A stretch of 64,000 nt of DNA from Neodothiora populina (lineage: Eukaryota), in contig NW_027191413.1 of the NCBI RefSeq assembly GCF_041146345.1, positions 2,480,001 through 2,544,000 on the forward strand. Direction: 5' to 3'. Positions within the stretch are counted from its first letter, which is position 1, and every line of letters starts with the position of its first letter. The notes under the pieces were generated by a model. It was not told the DNA's origin. It worked only from the letters and a program-made list of their open reading frames with translations, and did no database searches. Both the position numbers and the translations under genes were made by a program. Positions 38,232 through 49,845 of this stretch are shown here, piece after piece.

Positions 38232-41200
38232 ATGGACCATCCTGACCCTCCCACTAGTCCGACCAAGTCTTCGACTGGCATCCCGCGCTTCTCAAAACTG
38301 CCAACTCTGAAGTCTGCCATCCCTGCTTCTCTGCCCCCGTCTGGTCAGGTTGCAAAGTCCGGTCTACCATATCCGGCCAAGTCTGCGTTTGCGATACCTA
38401 CCGCGAAGCAGGCTCTTCCCAAACCCAAGGCTCCGACAGCTAACAAGAGAGCCAGTGTCATTGGCACTCCATCTCGTTTGCCACCACCTAAGACTTCCAC
38501 TCATCGGGCCACTCAGTCTGTATCGACCTCCAACAATGCTTCTTCTGTCTATGGCAGGCGTCCAGAGTCAAGACCCGGCTCTCGTCTAGCACGTCCAACG
38601 CCGGCAAAGCACTTGCCATCGCAACATCAATCTTCTTATCTGGAGGACACGGACGATGGGTTGGGTTCTCTCGGCGGCTTCCGCTCCTCATCCAGACAGA
38701 GTTCTCGCGCAGGAAGCTCTCTTTCGCATCATGCGGAAGAGACCCCAACCCAGACGACCCCCAAGGGCAGGAAAATCGCTCGTCAGAGCCTATCCGATAG
38801 GACGATTGACAGCATCTCACGCTTGCCCCCAACTCCTGCGACGGATCGAAGGAGGTCTAGTTTCTTTGCCCCACCGAGTCCCATGGGGCCACCCTCGCGT
38901 CCAGCTTCGGCGATGAGCAACGGGCTGCGCCCTGGCAGCAGTGATGGATTTGCGAAACCCACTGCTCAGCTGATGTCTCCTACCAAACGAGTGCCTGCCA
39001 GTGCAAGACCAGGCAGTAGAATGTCCATTGACTACGCTTCTTCCAAGAGCACTCCGTCCAAAAGGAGCGTTAGTACGGGTGTTCCACGCAGTGTACAGTC
39101 GAAGCCGGCTTCGGCGCAACAGAGCGCCATCGGGCGGCCCTCTAGTTCAAGATTACCCAATCCTGCCACAGGCTCACGGATACCCGGCACACCAGGAGCA
39201 GGCGCTTCAGCAATCGCACATCCTTCCACTGCAATCCGCAACGCGACCGCGAAGAGAGTGACCGCACCAGTAGCTAGTGTGGCTGGTAGACCGCGAGCCG
39301 AGAGCCCTACCCCTCTAGCGCGACCAGCCGCAGCGACAAAAGCTCCCACCTCTTCGTCAGCTCTACGGGATCAGATAGCAAAGGCCAAAGCAGCTGCAAA
39401 AGCCGCGGCCACCGCTAAGGCTAATGTCGCTCAGCATAACGGAAATGAGGACCTTGAATTCGATCTGGCTATTGATCCATTCAATGCAAGGCCCAAAGAT
39501 AACAAGGGTCTCTTGTTAAAGCGCATAGACGCAGCTCGAGCTGACGGACGCCTCAACATAGCAGCCATGGGGTTGAAACAAATACCAGATGAGGTCCTTC
39601 GTATGTATGATGCTGAGGAAATGACCAAGAGCAAGCTCACGTGGAGCGAAACCGTCGACCTCACACGGTTGGTCGCTGCCGACAATGAGTTTGAAATTAT
39701 CTCCGATGAGATATTCCCGGACATTGATAACGAGGCTGCCGCGGAGCAGGACGAAGATAGCAGCAAAGGCCTGCAATTTCGAGGCTTGGAGTCACTAGAT
39801 TTGCACGGCAACATGTTAATTGCTATTCCTGTTGGCTTGAGGCGTCTCGAGAGACTCACGGTAGTCAATCTGGTGAGCGAAGCGAAGCACAGTATCTTGT
39901 CTGCGACACTAACATGTGCGGTAGTCTCATAACAAGCTCAACAACACGGCTTGGGATGTCCTCAGTCAACTAGAAACTTTGGAAGAACTTCGGCTGGGTC
40001 ACAATAACCTGACTGCTTATCTGCCTCAAGGTCTGAGTCGCTTGCGCAACCTACGGACCCTTGACTTGCAGTCGAACAAGCTTCTTAGTCTTCCTGAAGG
40101 CTTACGCGATCTTGTGAACTTGCGCGTGCTGAATGTCTCACACAATCAACTTACAGGGATCCCTATGGATGCGCTCGAATCTTTGCCACTGATAGAGCTA
40201 TCCGTGGCAAATAATGCCATGGTAGGAGCGCTGTTTGGCTTCAGCGTTGGCGGTATGTCACACCTCGAGTCGTTGGACGTTTCCAACAACTCTCTGGCTT
40301 CGTTGGCATTTTCCGAGAGCTTAGCCTTGCCAGCTCTGAAGACATTGAATATTGCAAACAATAGAATTGTTGCTTTGCCTGATGTCACCGGATGGACCGA
40401 ACTAGCGTCTATCGCCGCAGGGGACAACAAAGTCTCAGGACTGCCCACGGGTTTCACGAGTCTACAGAGCCTACGCCACGCTGATTTCACCGGAAATGAT
40501 CTCGCCAAGCTACCGAATGAAGTGGGACTTATGGGCTCTTTAGATACTCTCAATATCGCATCAAATCCTATCCGGGAGCGACGACTGCTGAACATGAACA
40601 CCGAACAACTGAAGCGTGACTTGCGCAGTCGTATCGGTCCTGATCGTAGACAGCCGTCAGAAGAAGACTTCGAAGACGAAGGCATCGATATTCAGTCACC
40701 CGGCAGCACTGAGCAAGCGTGGAAGCTTTCGTCTGGACATCTAAATCTTGCCGACAAAGATCTCGTGAACGAGGATGCCGACGAGCTGCGGTCCTTCCTC
40801 GGTACCAACAACGATGTTCGAGAATTGGTATTGGCGAAGAATAACTTTACCATGATCCCTTTCGAGATCTCATTGGCGCAACACCTGAAAGTGCTGGATA
40901 TCTCCAAATGTTCGCTGGAAAGGGACTACCTGATGGAGGTAGTCAACTTCCAATTTCTGAAAGAATTGAACATCAGCGGCAACAAGATCACGTCGCTAGA
41001 TCCCCTTCTTGACATGTTTCTAGCACCCCGGCTGGAAGTCTTGGACATTTCCAACAACCGACTTGTGGGCTCTGTACCAGCATTGAAAGGCAACTACCCA
41101 GAATTGAAGGAATTGCATGCACGAGACAACAGGCTCGACGCCGTGTCAGCAGAAGCATTGGCCGGTCTGCACTCCGTTGATCTATGTAACAACAACATTG

Positions 41201-41379
41201 GGCTTATTCCCCCACGCATTGGACTTTTGTGGGAACAAGGTCTCAGAGGCTTAAGTATCAGTGGCAATACTTTCCGTGTTCCGCAACACCGCATACTGGA
41301 AAAGGGCACAGAAGCCATTCTGGCGCACTTGCGAGAGAAGATCCCAGTGGAAGACGTAGGCGAGGAAGAGACTTTTTGA
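38232..41379 (+). CDS. Leucine-rich repeat protein (LRRC40-like C-terminus) with a long basic S/P-rich N-terminus, 2 exons
   Basis: Many LxxLxLxxNxL repeats (LESLDLHGNML, LRTLDLQSNKL, LKTLNIANNRI), GRLNIAAMGLKQIP, GNTFRVP. Intron 39873-39924 joins ORFs 38232 and 39979. Confidence 0.9.
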
Positions 41380-41859
41380 GATGAGATGTCACCACATCAA
41401 GGTGTAAGGCCGCTGCTTCCAGCATCAAGATGATCGGAGGACTGGTGACCGAACCAAAAACCACATTAAGAATATCTCAGCGTTAGTGGCTCCTTCTTGC
41501 GATGTATATATAATGATGCAATGAAAGGGTAGCCGATCAAAACTTAGTGCAGGCTGGATTGTCGAATATCAATGTTTGCGACTATAGATGATTATATCCT
41601 CACTCCATTCAGGATGCGATCAATTTCGCTTATTGCACTGTACATCTATGTAGCAGGCGATGGATGCCTTGAGGAAACGGACTGGAAAAAGGGCAAAGAA
41701 TGCACGGACCGTGGAGTGATCTGAGCCTCGAACTTCGCACAGCGCTAAGCGAGAGGTTTATTGTTCAGAACTTGACCTTCGCCTCCTCTCGAAATTTCCT
41801 TCTCTTGACAGCCGCGACAATATCGACAACACTTGACCGTTGATCGCCCATCCGACACA

Positions 41860-43049
41860 ATGGTATGATTCTATCGCCCGTCTAGCAATTGCATCTGTGA
41901 ATGCGAGGATGAAATATCTATCACCACCGCTCGGTTTCCACGATCGATCGCTCTTCGAAGACTTTTTCACTATCAACATCTTGAACACTTCCGTCTCTGA
42001 GGCTCTGCAGCATGGACGTGTTTGCTGTGTACAGCGCGACATGCATGATATCATGAGGAGTGTTTCGATGAGTTGGCAAGATTGAAAACGTTGAAGAGGA
42101 TGTCGGTCGATTCATTGGGTGCGAATGGGCTGGTTATCGGGTGTAACAAGGCAGTCGTCATTTACAGTGATAGAATTGCTTGGGCTGCACCAGATGCCAG
42201 GATGGGTTTCTTCTTCTCGACCACTCGTGCGCGGGAAGAACAATACAGCTAACACAATTTTCTCCAGGCCATCAAGCACAACCAGCAGATCCCGCACAAC
42301 CATTTCCGCAAGGATTGGCAGCGCCGCGTGCGCGTGCACTTCGACCAGGTAATTCCCCTCTCATTCTCTTGAGAGCAGTGGCGCCTGCAGGTCAGAGACA
42401 GAGTCCTGACAAGAATTTTCATCAAATCTAGGCCGGCAAGAAGAAGGCTCGCAGAAATGCCCGCCAGGCCAAGGCTGCCGCCGTCGCTCCTCGCCCCGTC
42501 GACAAGCTGAGACCCGTTGTCCGCTGCCCCAGCATCAAGTACAACCGCCGCGTTCGCGCTGGTCGCGGTTTCTCCCTTGCTGAGCTCAAGGTACGTTATG
42601 AAATTTCCAATTCTATGTCTTGACGGGCTTCGATCTGATTTCGACAGGCTGCTGGTGTTCCCCGCAAGCTCGCACCCACCATCGGTATCTCCGTCGACCC
42701 TCGCCGCCAGAACCTCTCCGAGGAGTCCCTGAAGGCCAACGTCGAGCGCCTCAAGGCCTACCGTGAGCGTCTTATCCTGTTCCCTCGCAAGACCAAGGCC
42801 CCCAAGAAGGGTGACGCCTCTGCCGAGGAGGTCAAGGCCGCCAAGGAGGGCTCCACCGTCGAGCGCAGCAACGCTGCCTTCCCCATTGACAACAAGGTTG
42901 TCGTCAAGGAGGGTAAGGTCTCTGACTACCCCTCTGAGGAGAAGGCTTACCGCAAGCTCCGTGACTCCCGCTCTGAGGCCCGCCTCGTCGGTGTCCGTGA
43001 GAAGCGTGCCAAGGCCAAGGCTGAGGAGGCTGCCGACAAGAAGAAATAG
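41860..43049 (+). CDS. RPL13: 60S ribosomal protein eL13, 4 exons (first coding exon is the ATG only)
   Basis: ATG|gtatga, then [41 protein letters not shown]…[28 protein letters not shown]|. Introns 41863-42267, 42349-42431, 42591-42647; TAG 43047-43049. Confidence 0.96.
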
Positions 43050-44061
43050 AGAACTCGCCCATGAAAGTTTCTTCATGACTTGTTTCCCTTTTTTCTTCCT
43101 TTAGTCTCTCATCATGCACTCGGGCTATCCAAGGCGTTTTGTTCGGAGTTGCTAGCACTACTGAGTGGTGGCTTTTGGGCAAGGCCATGATTATTACATT
43201 AGGTTGCTGTAGCATTCCAGCAGGAGATGAAAAGTACTTTAGTTGCCCATCTTTCGATACCCTCATGATTTCTGATTCTGTTCCATCACATTTTCCTTGG
43301 TCTGTTGTGAAATGGTTCTGCCACAAGGTCATGCCCGAAATACATTTTGGCTTTACTGTACTGTATTGCTCAATGGTGTTATGACTGGTGTCACGTGCAT
43401 GCCTCGTAATGCTTATCTTGAACGCCATAGATAAGGTAAGGTACAAGTAGGGCAGGGTAAGATACATGGAACAAGTAGCAGTCCTGCTGAAGGAGAATGT
43501 CGAGTCTGAAGCCACATCGAACATTGCTGCATAAAGTATGCCGCGTTACCTACCGTTGCACTTGGACATAGAAACGTGTCTGGTGTGCACCTCCACAGAA
43601 TTACCTTGCGATTGTTGCTCCAGAAGCAGGACCAGATGCTGAGATTGTGAAAGAGAATGGCTTTCACATGTCAGGGGAATTCAGATGAGCTAGATCTGAC
43701 CGCCGGCCCGTAGTCTAAGCTCACGTGCCTGATGGGTACCAAGGCTCAGGATCCTCTCACCAAAAGGGACCAATGTCCAGGGGCATGCGACCATCCGCCA
43801 GCGAGTGGAAAAATGTGTGTCTGAGTGGGTGAAGTAGGCAAGGTATCGATAGAAGAATGCAGCGTGTGTGATTCTTGATACTATAGAAGAGTATATTGCA
43901 CTCCAAGGTTTGGATCGATCGTTTCTTGTCCATCGCTATCGACTTTTACCCTGATATCGTCGAGCGTTGCCCACAGACGGCACAGTGATTTGTCCACACG
44001 TACGTCACACAATACATGTATTCGCCCAGTAGAGGCAGACTATCCAAAGGCAAATGGCAGA

Positions 44062-44104
44062 CAGAGTGTCAGAGTGTCAGAGTGTCAGAGTGTCAGAGTG
44101 TCAG
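44062..44104. repeat. 8-bp tandem repeat (CAGAGTGT)x5
   Basis: Five perfect copies plus CAG, upstream of the ethanolamine kinase gene. Confidence 0.92.
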
Positions 44105-44452
44105 GGCGAGGAGGAGAGAGTCAGGGCCGCCGCCCCTCATCTCGCTCTTGCCAAGCCGGACTCTATAAGGAAACGCAATGCCATCTCTCTTTCTCTTATT
44201 ACCCTATCTTCTTTTCTGTTGTATATCATTCTGAAAAGACACATAGTCCTAAAAAAGTGGGCCTTGGATTCTCGACTCCCGCTTCTTTCCTGAACGCCTT
44301 CTTTCCGAACGTCAGAATAGCAGTAACATGTAAAGCTGCTTGTGTCTGCATCAACACGACAATAATTCCTCTCGACTTTCCCAACCTGCTGTCATCGCAC
44401 GAAACCCCTCGTTCATAGTATGGACTGGCCCATCCTACGCACGGATTCACCC

Positions 44453-45881
44453 ATGGCTCTTCGACACATCAACTCCCGCTACAACAATGCCGACTCGGAG
44501 CAGTCCGCATTGCATCTGCTCTACGCTCTCTATCCTGACTGGGAACACTCGGAAGGCTCGGTCGAATTTGTCCGCTTCACTGACGGAATCACAAATACTG
44601 TACGTCCAGTCGCAAAACGGGGTGGGAGAGACGGACATGCCTCCGTCCTGCTCGTTCTCATTCCCATGTCCAGTCTCATGTCGTGGGAGATCATGTTACT
44701 GACCGCACCAGTTACTCAAAGCAGTCAAGAAAAGGCCTGGCCTGAGCAAGGAACAGATAGAGCAAGATGCCGTACTACTGCGCGCATACGGGAAAGGAAC
44801 GGATGTACTGATCGACCGCGAGAGTAAGACAGCCCACCTTGCCGCAAGAGGAAGAGGAAGCGGAAGTATTAACAGAGACAAAACAGGAGAGACTCGGTCG
44901 CATTCCCTTCTCGCCAGCCGTGGCCTGGCCCCTCGATTGTTGGCGAGATTCGAAAACGGCCTGCTGTACAGATTCATCGCTGGCGATGTGTGCAGCCCCG
45001 AGGATCTCAGAAGACCTCAGATCTACCGCGCAGTCGCCAAACGACTCGCGCAATGGCACAGCACATTGCCCATCTCGGCAATCAGTTCGACAAAGCGTCC
45101 AGAGGGCCTGAACGGTTCCACGGAACACGGCAGTCCCGCCACGACCAGACCGACGCCAAACCTCTGGACGGTGATCCAGGCATGGATTGACGCTCTACCA
45201 GCACAGACTCAACAAGACAAAGATCGCATCCAGACCCTCAAGGCCGAACTCGTCGAATTGTCGAGCAAGCTAGGACAGACTCCCGGACTGGACGGCAACG
45301 ACTATGTCTTCAGCCATTGCGATCTGCTCAGCGGCAACGTCATCGTCACAGACTCGGCGTCGAACGACTTCTCCGTCGACTTTATCGATTACGAATACGC
45401 CACGCCCGCGCCCGCAGCCTTTGACATCGCCAACCATCTCGCCGAATGGGGCGGTTTCGACTGCGACTACAACGCTCTACCGACGCGCTCACAGCGTCGC
45501 GAGTTCCTCACCGAATACCTCCGCTCATACCGCACCTTTGCTCCCTCATTGTCAATTCCATCATCATCACAACCCTCAACCTCCGAACCACAAAGAGAAA
45601 ACTCATCAACGACAGCCTCAGAACCCGCCCCTGAGTTCCAACAAGAACTCTCCCAACTCATGGACCAAGTCGACCTCTTCCGCGGCGTGCCAGGCTTCTA
45701 CTGGGGCATCTGGGCTCTGATCCAAGCGCAGATCTCGCAGATAGACTTTGACTACGCGTCGTACGCTGAGGTGCGACTCGGGGAGTACTGGGCTTGGAAA
45801 GACGCCTCTTCGAACGGAGGCGACAAAGCTGCGGGCAAGGAGACCCCGTTGAGGGAGCGCAGGTGGGCGCAGGAGGAGTGA
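44453..45881 (+). CDS. EKI1: Ethanolamine/choline kinase, 3 exons
   Basis: FTDGITNT|LLK, LLRAYGKGTDVLIDRE, Brenner motif FSHCDLLSGN, FIDYEYATPAPAAFDIANH, FYWGIWALIQ. Introns 44600-44711 and 44824-44886. Confidence 0.92.
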
Positions 45882-46394
45882 TTGTCCCGCTTCATGTGCT
45901 AGATGGGAAATCAGGACAGAAAGAAAAAAAAGAGGAGATGGTTCGCATTGTGAAAGTCAAACGGACCCTTCAACATCCGCTGACGTCAAAGGAAGAGGAG
46001 GAGAAGATGAACGAAGAAAAGAGAATACAAAGAGACAGATATACACGCCGAGAAAGAGTCGAGGGAGATGTAGTACGATAAGCAGTTCACTCGACGACGC
46101 AAAAGATTGCAAAGGAGGGAAGCGAGGGAGAGAAAAAACGTAGTCTTCTTTTCCCCCCTCTCCTCCGTTCTTAACCCCCCCCCCCCCCGAAAAGGTCTTC
46201 AACACGACGATACCCTTAATTTAATATCTACATTATATAGTCATGGCGAAAGAAGAGGAAAATTCACTACATTCAAGCAAAACAGAAGAGCCAGAGCAGA
46301 AGTATCGGAGTAAGACAGAGCAGATTAGAGGAAAAGGAACGAAAAAGGAGTAGGCACATTAGGTGATGACAAGCGAGTGGGCTCGAGATATCAT

Positions 46395-46398
46395 AGTG

Positions 46399-46434
<36 letters not shown>

Positions 46435-46435
46435 G
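46395..46435. repeat. Compound (GGT)n(AGT)n microsatellite
   Basis: agtggtggtggtggtagtagtagtagtagtagtagtagtag. Confidence 0.85.
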
Positions 46436-46523
46436 CCAAATCATGATCATTTCCAGACTGCGACCATCCAGTCTTCGTTCATGCATCGTCACGTAGACTG
46501 AATCGACCGTCCCATTCTCCCTT

Positions 46524-47434
46524 CTAAGCATCGGCGGAAGAAGCACCAGTCATCTTACTGACACCCTCCTTGACGCCCCTGTAAGCAGCATGTCCCCAGC
46601 TGCCCTTGGCCTTGGACAAAGCCGCGTTGCAAGCACCCGCCAGAGCAGCGACGTCCGTGACGGCAGAGATCATATCGAAGCCCCGGTCTGCATACTCCTG
46701 CGCCTGCTCTCCACTGGTGCAATAGATGCCGGTGGTCTTGCCGGCCTTTTTGGCAGCCTCGTGGATGGTGTCGATGGCGCGCTTGAGCTCCTCGTGCATT
46801 TTGCCTTGTAGAATAGGGAAGCCCAAGTTGTTGCCTAGATCGAAGGGGCCGATCAGCAGGGAGTCGACGCCCGGCACTGCTGCTATCTCGTGGATGTTGG
46901 CTAGTGCTTCTTTTGTCTCGATCTGGACTACGGTGACGATGGCGTCGTTTGCCTGCGTCAGGTATTCGCCCTGGCTGATCGGGGTGGAGCTGTGGAATTT
47001 CTCCATGGCGAAGGGGCTTCCGAACCCTCGTGTGCCGAGGGGAGGGAACTTGGTGCTGCTGACTACCTTTTTGGCATCGTCGGCGGTGTGGATCAGAGGC
47101 ACAATGACGCCGTGGGCGCCCGCATCGAGGGCTCTTTTGACCATCCAGGCTTCGTTCGCAGCAACTCGGACAATGGGGGAGACTCCACACGCAGCGATGG
47201 CTGCCACGCACTCATGCATATGGTCGTCGGAGATGTTGCCATGCTCTGTGTCGACGCATATCCAGTCGGGCCCACAACGAGCTAGAGTCCTCGATAAATT
47301 GGAGCCTGGGAACATCTACGTTGAGTCAGAAGGAAGCTCTCAGACTGACTGGATGAAAAGCCACGTGCCTGCCATGCGCCAAAGGTAGGTCCGCCCTTGC
47401 GGAGCGCATTCTGTAAGCGGTTGGCGGACTGCAT
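46524..47434 (-). CDS. HpcH/HpaI-family class II aldolase, 2 exons
   Basis: GAWQ|MFPG, DWICVDTEHG, KRALDAGAHGVIVP, FPPLGTRGFG, VQIET, LLIGPFDL. GC-AG intron 47368-47316. Confidence 0.92.
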
Positions 47435-47661
47435 GCTGAATGGTCCTCTTTCAGTGCTGTCGATATGCTTTCGCAAGCTCTCGAAATGACAAAAAGCAAG
47501 CAGAGACAACGGCACATCAACAGTCAGCGAGATGGTGAGCATGTCGGGTATTCGCACCGACCCCGCAAGGTAGTGATTTTTTGCCCCGCATGGGCAGGTA
47601 CAGTCAAACTTCCCGAGTTTGCAACCTTGTTGGGCATGGCACGCCGAAGCGGCAAGCGAGA

Positions 47662-48080
47662 TCAAGACGAAGACGAAGACGAAGAAGGAGAATGCATTAG
47701 AGCATCATCCATGAGTTTCTGCACCTCGTCTTCTTTGAAACGATGCATGAGCTTTCGAGCCTTTGCGGTAGTGCTGACTTCGGTAGTCATGTTCTCCTCG
47801 ACTTTATCGACGTGGACCTTTTTGTTCACAGTGTCAGTACTGCAATGCCCGCCCGCTGTGGAGATTGCCATTTGCCACTCACGACAGGCGTGTCGAATTC
47901 ATATAGGTCTTTCCACTTTTGTTGCGACGGTGCCATGACATCTATCTCATCATACTCGAATGGGCGACGATCCCACACGTTGGACAAGACTTGCTTCGCA
48001 TTGTCGCAGAGGCCGCAATTTGCCCTTGTGAAGAGTGTCAGACGGCAGACGTACCGACGCAAAGCGAATGTAGGAATCAT
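47662..48080 (-). CDS. Glutaredoxin-like DUF836 protein (YDR286C/C5orf63-like), 2 exons
   Basis: LTLFTRANCGLCDNAK (CxxC) and WKDLYEFDTPV|VHV…KLMHRF. Intron GTGAGT…CTGAC…AAG at ~47882-47818. Confidence 0.85.
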
Positions 48081-48403
48081 GGCTGGTGGATGTTCACACG
48101 CTATGCACGATTGATAGAGAGAGCAAGAGATCAATACAGTTGATGGTCACTGAGGTGTGAATTGGATGCGTGTATTCCGATACTGCTGGCACACAATGTA
48201 CTTACTGTACGGAGACTTGTAGATGACTCCCTCGGCCCGCGCCGGTGGAATGTTCGACACAGCTTCGACCAGCTTCTGACGTATTCAGAGGTCAAGATTC
48301 CACCGAGCCTCAATCCCAAATACAGTACAATACAATTCACAGTCTTTTGTTCCACAGTTCCAAGAATCACACAACACATCAGAAAAGAAAGACAGTAATC
48401 AAC

Positions 48404-49455
48404 ATGGCAGTCGGCAAGTGCGTTCACAAAGGCTGCGGAAAGACCTTCTCGCACGAGGACGAAGAGTGCGTCTATCATCCCGGTCCTGTAAGACTGGCCT
48501 TTCGTCCACATCTCCGCCTGCTACCGAACACCGAATCACTGACCTTCTTTTCTGTCTGTAGCCAGTCTTCCACGAGGGCCAAAAGGGCTGGAAATGCTGC
48601 AAGACCAGAGTCCTGACCTTTGACGAGTTCATGACGATCCCGCCATGCACCACAGGAAAGCACTCGACCGTCGACGACACGCCCGCACCTCCTCCTGCCG
48701 GCCCAGCCCCCGAAGACACACCCACACTCAAGCCAGAGGTAGCCCAATCAGCCGAGCCAGCTTCACAACAAGACCCGGCGCCCCGTGTGCCCGTGTCAGC
48801 AGCAACAGCCACGCCCCGACCGACCGCCTCACCAGCGCCTCCCGAAGCAGACGAGTCGGACGACCCCGACACGAGCATCCCAGCCAACGCAACCTGCAAG
48901 CGAAAGAACTGCGGCGCAACGCACAAAAGCGGCAGCGACAGGAGCGCCGAAGAATGCGTGCACCACCCTGGCGCGCCCATCTTCCACGAAGGCAGCAAAG
49001 GCTGGACGTGCTGCAAGCGACGAGTGCTCGAGTTCGACGAGTTCCTGCGCATCCCCGGGTGCCGGACCAAGACCAAGCACTTGTTCGTCGGGCCCAAGAA
49101 GGATGAAGAAGCCCAGGAGCAGGTCGTCGAGAGCGTCAGGTCGGACTTTTACCAGACTTCGGCGTCAGTCATGGCGTCGCTGTATCTCAAGAATATCGAC
49201 AAGTCCAAGTCCAAGGTCGAGTTTTCTTCGCCTACTGCTGTCTCATTGGATCTGCGCACGACCGATAAGAAGCGCTTCGAGCAGGAGATGCCGCTTTTTG
49301 GAGCCATTGTTCCCGAGAAGAGTAAATTCAAGATCATGGGTACTAAGCTCGAGCTGGAGTTGGCAAAGGCCGACGGTGCGGGATGGCCGGTCCTGAGAGG
49401 CGATGATAGACCCACTGGCGAAATCATTCAGACCGGCAAGGCGGGCAGAGCATAG
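48404..49455 (+). CDS. CHORD-CHORD-CS domain Hsp90 co-chaperone (CHP-1/Morgana-like), 2 exons
   Basis: CVHKGCGK…CVYHPGP|PVFHEGQKGWKCCK…CTTGKH; second CHORD CKRKNCG…HPGAPIFHEGSKGWTCCKRR; CS domain RSDFYQT…TKLELELAK. Intron 48488-48561. Confidence 0.93.
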
Positions 49456-49845
49456 ACCATCTTGTTCTTCGCTCCTTTTTGTCGGCCCACTTCAGTCGTG
49501 CCTGATACTGCTTGCAGAACAACCGCTCTAGCTAGAGAAGCATTGGAAGAAAGCTGGAAGCAAAGTTGGAAGACCAGAACCCTAAAAGTAATCTTTGATA
49601 AAGCCGCATTGTTGCATACATTCGAATTTGTGATCGGGTTCGTCAGGAGCATCCTAATCCGGAGCCTTTGTACCGCCTTTGTATGCCACGCCTTTACGCC
49701 TAGTGCCTCCCTTTCCCTTCTTCCCCATGAGAATGCCATCGCTTTGCCTTGGAAACCCAGCCTTCCCACCGTCTAGTCGATTTCACACAACGTGCAAGAA
49801 TTAATTCCAAAAGAAAACAAAAAAGGCCATTTCGTGCTACTTCAT

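Noticed and set aside
48248..48277. GAAnnTTC plus spaced TTC units upstream of the CHORD co-chaperone as a heat-shock element
   Set aside because: Spacing does not give three correctly phased nGAAn units.
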